Program-made: the position numbers and the translations under genes
Notes under the pieces: generated by a model
Database searches by the model: none
What the model was told of the DNA's origin: nothing
What the model saw: the letters and a program-made list of their open reading frames with translations, nothing else
Source of the DNA: a bacterium
GTDB lineage: Bacteria; Patescibacteriota; Microgenomatia; Daviesbacterales; UBA10151
DNA length: 53,792 nt
Reading direction: 5' to 3'
NCBI GenBank assembly: GCA_030647265.1
Contig: JAUSJM010000013.1
Span: forward strand, 1 to 53,792
Shown here: positions 50,012 to 53,792 of the stretch, piece after piece
How the letters are laid out: each line of letters begins with the position of its first letter
Position numbering within the stretch: the first letter of the stretch is position 1

Positions 50012-52606
50012 ATGTCTAACATCGGAAAAGTGGAGCTAGTACCAATAGTTGATGAGATGAAACGGTCGTACCTTGACTATGCCATGTCTGTCATTGTAGC
50101 CCGGGCTCTTCCTGATGTCCGGGATGGCCTAAAACCGGTCCAGAGAAGGATTGTTTATGCCATGTCCCAGCAAGGATTACATCATACCTCGAGGCATCAA
50201 AAATCAGCAGCTGTAGTGGGTGAAGTTTTGAAAAACTACCACCCCCATGGTGATGTCCCGGTCTATGATGCCATGGTGAGAATGGCCCAGGATTTTTCCA
50301 TGAGGTACATGCTCGTTGATGGCCAAGGTAACTTTGGTTCAGTAGATGGAGATTCTCCGGCTGCCATGAGGTACACCGAAGCCAGGCTTTCTGCTATTGC
50401 TGATGAGCTTTTAAGAGATATCCACAAAGATACTGTTGATTTCATCGACAACTACTCCGGCACCACCCAAGAACCGGTCTGGCTGCCTTCAGTAATCCCT
50501 AATCTTTTACTTAACGGGGCCTCCGGAATTGCTGTAGGCATGGCTACCCAAATCCCTCCTCACAATCTAGGTGAGGTCATAGATGCTTTGGTTTACATGA
50601 TTGACCGGGCCACTAAGGAAACAGGCAAGAGCTTACCTGCCGACAAAGCAGGGCAACAGGCCCGCTTCGCCGACTCTGCGAGGCGAGTAAAAGATGGAGA
50701 AGTACTGCCTAGTGCCTCCGACCTAGTACCTAAATTTACCAGTGAAGCCAATGTAGAGGAGTTTATGCAGTTTATCAAGGGTCCTGACTTCCCAACCGGG
50801 GGTTCAATATATGATCATTCCGAGATCTTAAATGCCTATGCCACCGGGAAAGGGAGGATTGTCATGCGGGCCAAAGCAGAGATTGAAGAGGCTAAAAATG
50901 GCAGGTTTGACATCATCATCACTGAACTCCCTTATCAGGTAAATAAAGCCAACCTGGTCACCAGAATTGCCGAGTTGCACAAAGAAAAAAAGATCGAAGG
51001 CATAGCAGACTTACGTGACGAGTCAGACAGGCGGGGCATGAGGGTAGTCATCGAACTCAAGCGTGACGCCAAACCCCAATCCCTTTTAAACAACCTTTTT
51101 AAACACACCGCCATGCAATCTGTCTTTAACGTTAATACAGTGGCTTTGGTGGACGGAGTGCCACGTCTCTTGTCCTTAAAGCACGTCCTAGAAGAGTTTG
51201 TTGCCCACAGACAGCGAGTGGTTAGGAGAAGATCGGAATTCGAACTCTCGGAAGCCAAAGCCCGGGAACACATTCTGGAAGGCTTAAAGATCGCTGTTGA
51301 TAACATTGATGCTGTCATTGAAACCATCAAAAAGTCTAAGGATGCTGATGAAGCCAAAGTAAACTTGATTACCAGGTTTAAATTAAGTGAGCTCCAGGCT
51401 TTAGCCATCTTGGATATGCAGCTTCGCCGCTTAGCAGCTTTAGAGAGACAAAAAATCGAGGACGAGCTAAAGATGATCCGGGAAACCATCGCTTATTTGG
51501 AAGATCTTTTAGCCCACCCGGAAAAAATTCTTAAAGTTATTAAAGATGAACTGCTTAAGGTTAAGGAAAGATACGGGGATGACCGGAAAACCAGGGTTTA
51601 CAAACAAAAAGTGGGAGAGTTTTCTGAAGAAGATCTCATTGCTGATGAACCAACCATTGTCACTATCACTGATGGCGGTTATATCAAAAGACAACAACCA
51701 AGCACTTTTCGCGTTCAGGCCCGGGGTGGTAAAGGAGTCTCCGGTATTACCACCAAGGAAGCAGACGCTGTGAGCCATATCTTCTTCACCCAAACTTTGG
51801 ACAACATCCTTTTCTTCACCGATAAGGGCAGGACTTTTCAACTCAAGGTCTGGGAAATTCCCGAGGCTTCCAGAATAGCTAAAGGACAGGCCATTGTTAA
51901 CCTTATAAATATTGATCAGGGAGAAAAGATCACTGCCATCTTAACTTTAAGACAAAAGGATAAGATAAAGTTTCTCTTTATGTGTACTAAAGAAGGTAAT
52001 GTTAAGAAAACTCCCATTGAGGAGTATGCTTCTATCAGAAGAAACGGGCTTATTTCCATTAAGTTAGACAGCCAGGACACCTTAGGCTGGGTGACTCCCA
52101 CCAACGGGGAAGATGAGTTGATTATTATTTCCAAACTCGGGCAATCCATCAAATTCTCAGAAAAGGGTGTCCGTCCCACTCACCGTGATACTTCAGGAGT
52201 GAGAGGCATCAAGCTGGGCAAAGAGGACAGTGTTGTTTCTCTTAATAAAATCCATGATCCTAAAGCAGATCAGTTGTTGGTAATTATGGCCAACGGGCTA
52301 GGCAAGAAAACTCTAGTTTCTGCCTGGAGCAGGCAGGGGAGGGGGGGACAAGGAGTAAAGGCTGCCCAGGTGACAGAAAAAACCGGGGCCATTGTGACAG
52401 CCCAACTGGTAGACAAAGACGGAGACACTTTAGTTTTGACCTCCAATAAAGGACAGATCATCAAGATCAATATTAAAGATGTCCCCACTTTACAAAGACA
52501 GACCCAAGGAGTGATACTAATGAGGATGAGAGAAGGCCTGCCTGGTGGTAAGGCAGGGGAGAGGGTAGCTGCCGCCACTATCATCTCAACTAAAGAAAAG
52601 GAATAA
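50012..52606 (+). CDS. gyrA: DNA gyrase subunit A
   Basis: [28 protein letters not shown] catalytic Tyr, GyrA-box QARGGKG, C-terminal beta-pinwheel repeats. Confidence 0.97.
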   Translation: MSNIGKVELVPIVDEMKRSYLDYAMSVIVARALPDVRDGLKPVQRRIVYAMSQQGLHHTSRHQKSAAVVGEVLKNYHPHGDVPVYDAMVRMAQDFSMRYMLVDGQGNFGSVDGDSPAAMRYTEARLSAIADELLRDIHKDTVDFIDNYSGTTQEPVWLPSVIPNLLLNGASGIAVGMATQIPPHNLGEVIDALVYMIDRATKETGKSLPADKAGQQARFADSARRVKDGEVLPSASDLVPKFTSEANVEEFMQFIKGPDFPTGGSIYDHSEILNAYATGKGRIVMRAKAEIEEAKNGRFDIIITELPYQVNKANLVTRIAELHKEKKIEGIADLRDESDRRGMRVVIELKRDAKPQSLLNNLFKHTAMQSVFNVNTVALVDGVPRLLSLKHVLEEFVAHRQRVVRRRSEFELSEAKAREHILEGLKIAVDNIDAVIETIKKSKDADEAKVNLITRFKLSELQALAILDMQLRRLAALERQKIEDELKMIRETIAYLEDLLAHPEKILKVIKDELLKVKERYGDDRKTRVYKQKVGEFSEEDLIADEPTIVTITDGGYIKRQQPSTFRVQARGGKGVSGITTKEADAVSHIFFTQTLDNILFFTDKGRTFQLKVWEIPEASRIAKGQAIVNLINIDQGEKITAILTLRQKDKIKFLFMCTKEGNVKKTPIEEYASIRRNGLISIKLDSQDTLGWVTPTNGEDELIIISKLGQSIKFSEKGVRPTHRDTSGVRGIKLGKEDSVVSLNKIHDPKADQLLVIMANGLGKKTLVSAWSRQGRGGQGVKAAQVTEKTGAIVTAQLVDKDGDTLVLTSNKGQIIKINIKDVPTLQRQTQGVILMRMREGLPGGKAGERVAAATIISTKEKE
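50636..50688 (+). repeat. Two tandem palindromes in frame in a gyrA loop
   Basis: CCTGC-CGACAAA-GCAGG (50636-50652) and GCCCGCTTCGC-CGACTCT-GCGAGGCGAG (50660-50687). Confidence 0.85.
52537..52557 (+). repeat. 21-bp palindrome in frame near the gyrA 3' end
   Basis: CCTGCCT-GGTGGTA-AGGCAGG, a 7-bp stem; encodes LPGGKAG; same family as 50636. Confidence 0.85.
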
Positions 52607-52612
52607 GTTTAA

Positions 52613-52819
52613 TTGGAAAAGAAACTGACCACTTTTGCCATCATTTACTTTATTATCGGGCTCGTCTTTGCCATCTCTTTTGCTCTCTTTTATCACTGGC
52701 CAGGCCGCTCTTTTTTCAGCCCCGGGTTTTATGTGGTAGTCCTCACCTGGCCCATTCAGATCCCGGGATATCTTTCTGACTTCCAAATCTATGGTCTAGC
52801 CGGCAAAACCCTCATTTAA
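52613..52819 (+). CDS. Small two-TM membrane protein
   Basis: Two hydrophobic segments; immediately downstream of gyrA. Confidence 0.65.
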   Translation: MEKKLTTFAIIYFIIGLVFAISFALFYHWPGRSFFSPGFYVVVLTWPIQIPGYLSDFQIYGLAGKTLI

Positions 52820-52926
52820 TCCTGTGCTAAAATCAAAATTATGAAAGTGTTCACAATGTTAAATACTTTTTTGATAATAGTGTTGTTGAAGGCTCTAATT
52901 TACCTCTAACATCTTCCTAAGACGTT

Positions 52927-53229
52927 GTGATAAGAGGGAAGTTAATTGAAGTAGAAAACAAAATTGTCTGTGAAAAGAATCCTTGTCCAGATAGTATTAA
53001 AACTCGTTTCCTTCAGGATACCAATGACCCAAGCTATAAAATTCAACTAGTAAACAGCTTAGTAAATCCCAATTCCTGGGTTTTTAGATTAGATCTTAAC
53101 AATACATACACCTTTAAAGGAAAATTATGGAAAAAGCAGTATAGGGTTAGTAGAAATACTTCAGGCTATAGAACAGAGATTGGTCACTTTGAAATACAAA
53201 GCATCATAAACTCCAGCCCTCTTCAATAA
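52927..53229 (+). CDS. Hypothetical protein, possibly the 3' part of a degraded secreted-protein gene
   Basis: 100-aa ORF; an upstream ATG at 52841 opens a 22-aa hydrophobic frame that stops at 52909. Confidence 0.4.
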   Translation: MIRGKLIEVENKIVCEKNPCPDSIKTRFLQDTNDPSYKIQLVNSLVNPNSWVFRLDLNNTYTFKGKLWKKQYRVSRNTSGYRTEIGHFEIQSIINSSPLQ

Positions 53230-53230
53230 T

Positions 53231-53251
53231 ATCTAACCCCCGAGGTTAGAT
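53231..53251 (+). repeat. REP family B palindrome at the 3' end of RAYT3
   Basis: ATCTAACC-CCCGA-GGTTAGAT, 3 nt from the RAYT3 stop. Confidence 0.85.
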
Positions 53252-53254
53252 AAA

Positions 53255-53792
53255 TTATTCCTCCTCAAGCAGTAGATGTTTCATAATCTCTAGCTCCTTA
53301 GCATAATCTCCATGCCCTCCAACAAAATCCTTATAATCGTTACTATTTTTAAAGTTGTTTAGAACAGAATCCGCTACACATAACTGATCATGATCAACAT
53401 CTATAAAGTGCTGGTAAGATGAGTAAGGATAAAGCTTCAATTCTTGAACCAACTCACTCACATAAGGATTAAGGTGAATATAACGAGAAACATGAAGCAG
53501 TTGGATCTCATCTTCTATTAAAACTGTTTTAAATACTCCCTGGAATAGTGGTCCCACTCTTGTATGCTTAGTGTTGAAATATTTAGTATAGCTGTTCAGT
53601 ACTTTTCCTATGAATTCCGAAATACCGTTATCTTGCAGCTGCCTAACTAGGAGATGAAAGTGATTAGGCATGAGGCAGTAACAGATAACCTCTACAACTT
53701 TAGGATTATGGCTAAAATCATTAATTTTAAAGCGGTTACGATCTGAAAAAGGGGGCTTAGGTCCAGTAAACTGATAATAATAAAGCGTCTTT
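53255..53792 (-). mobile_element. RAYT-like tyrosine transposase, copy 3 (5' end outside the window)
   Basis: Frame is open to the window edge (KTLYYYQFTGPKPPFS...YCLMPNHFHLL); GPLFQGVFK, YIHLNP, YPYSSY. Confidence 0.9.

Noticed and set aside
50600-50745. Intein or intron in gyrA
   Set aside because: Too short, no Cys/Ser start or His-Asn end, and no intron-scale structure; better explained by palindrome inserts.

Overview
A 53.8-kb, AT-rich chromosomal segment. Gene content and protein style suggest a CPR/Patescibacteria (Microgenomates-like) bacterium; this taxon call is inference. The standard genetic code applies. The window holds the 5' part of the F1Fo ATP synthase operon (atpB-E-F-H-A'), a CAP protein, an ABC exporter, an archaeal-type TyrRS, a 1869-aa membrane glycosyltransferase-like giant, recG split by one in-frame TAA, and rpmF-nusB-acpP-like-rnc followed by three GT2 genes. 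It also holds a RelE/YafQ-type toxin-antitoxin pair, rpsP-khpA-trmD, a ~16-kb type IV pilus locus (pilB, pilT, pilC, pilD, 12 prepilin-like genes, pilMNO, no secretin), holB-like, gyrB, murC-alr-murD, a collapsed ddl remnant and gyrA. The most striking unannotated signal is three REP-associated tyrosine transposase (RAYT)-like genes flanked by short palindromes. Members of these and other palindrome families also sit in frame inside housekeeping genes (murC, murD, gyrA, recG, holB-like, rpsP, ddl, the CAP gene, a RAYT itself) and inside cleavable prepilin leader peptides, where two inserts duplicate the GFT cleavage motif. Many genes appear to be transcribed as leaderless mRNAs. All calls were made by eye from motifs; no database searches were run.
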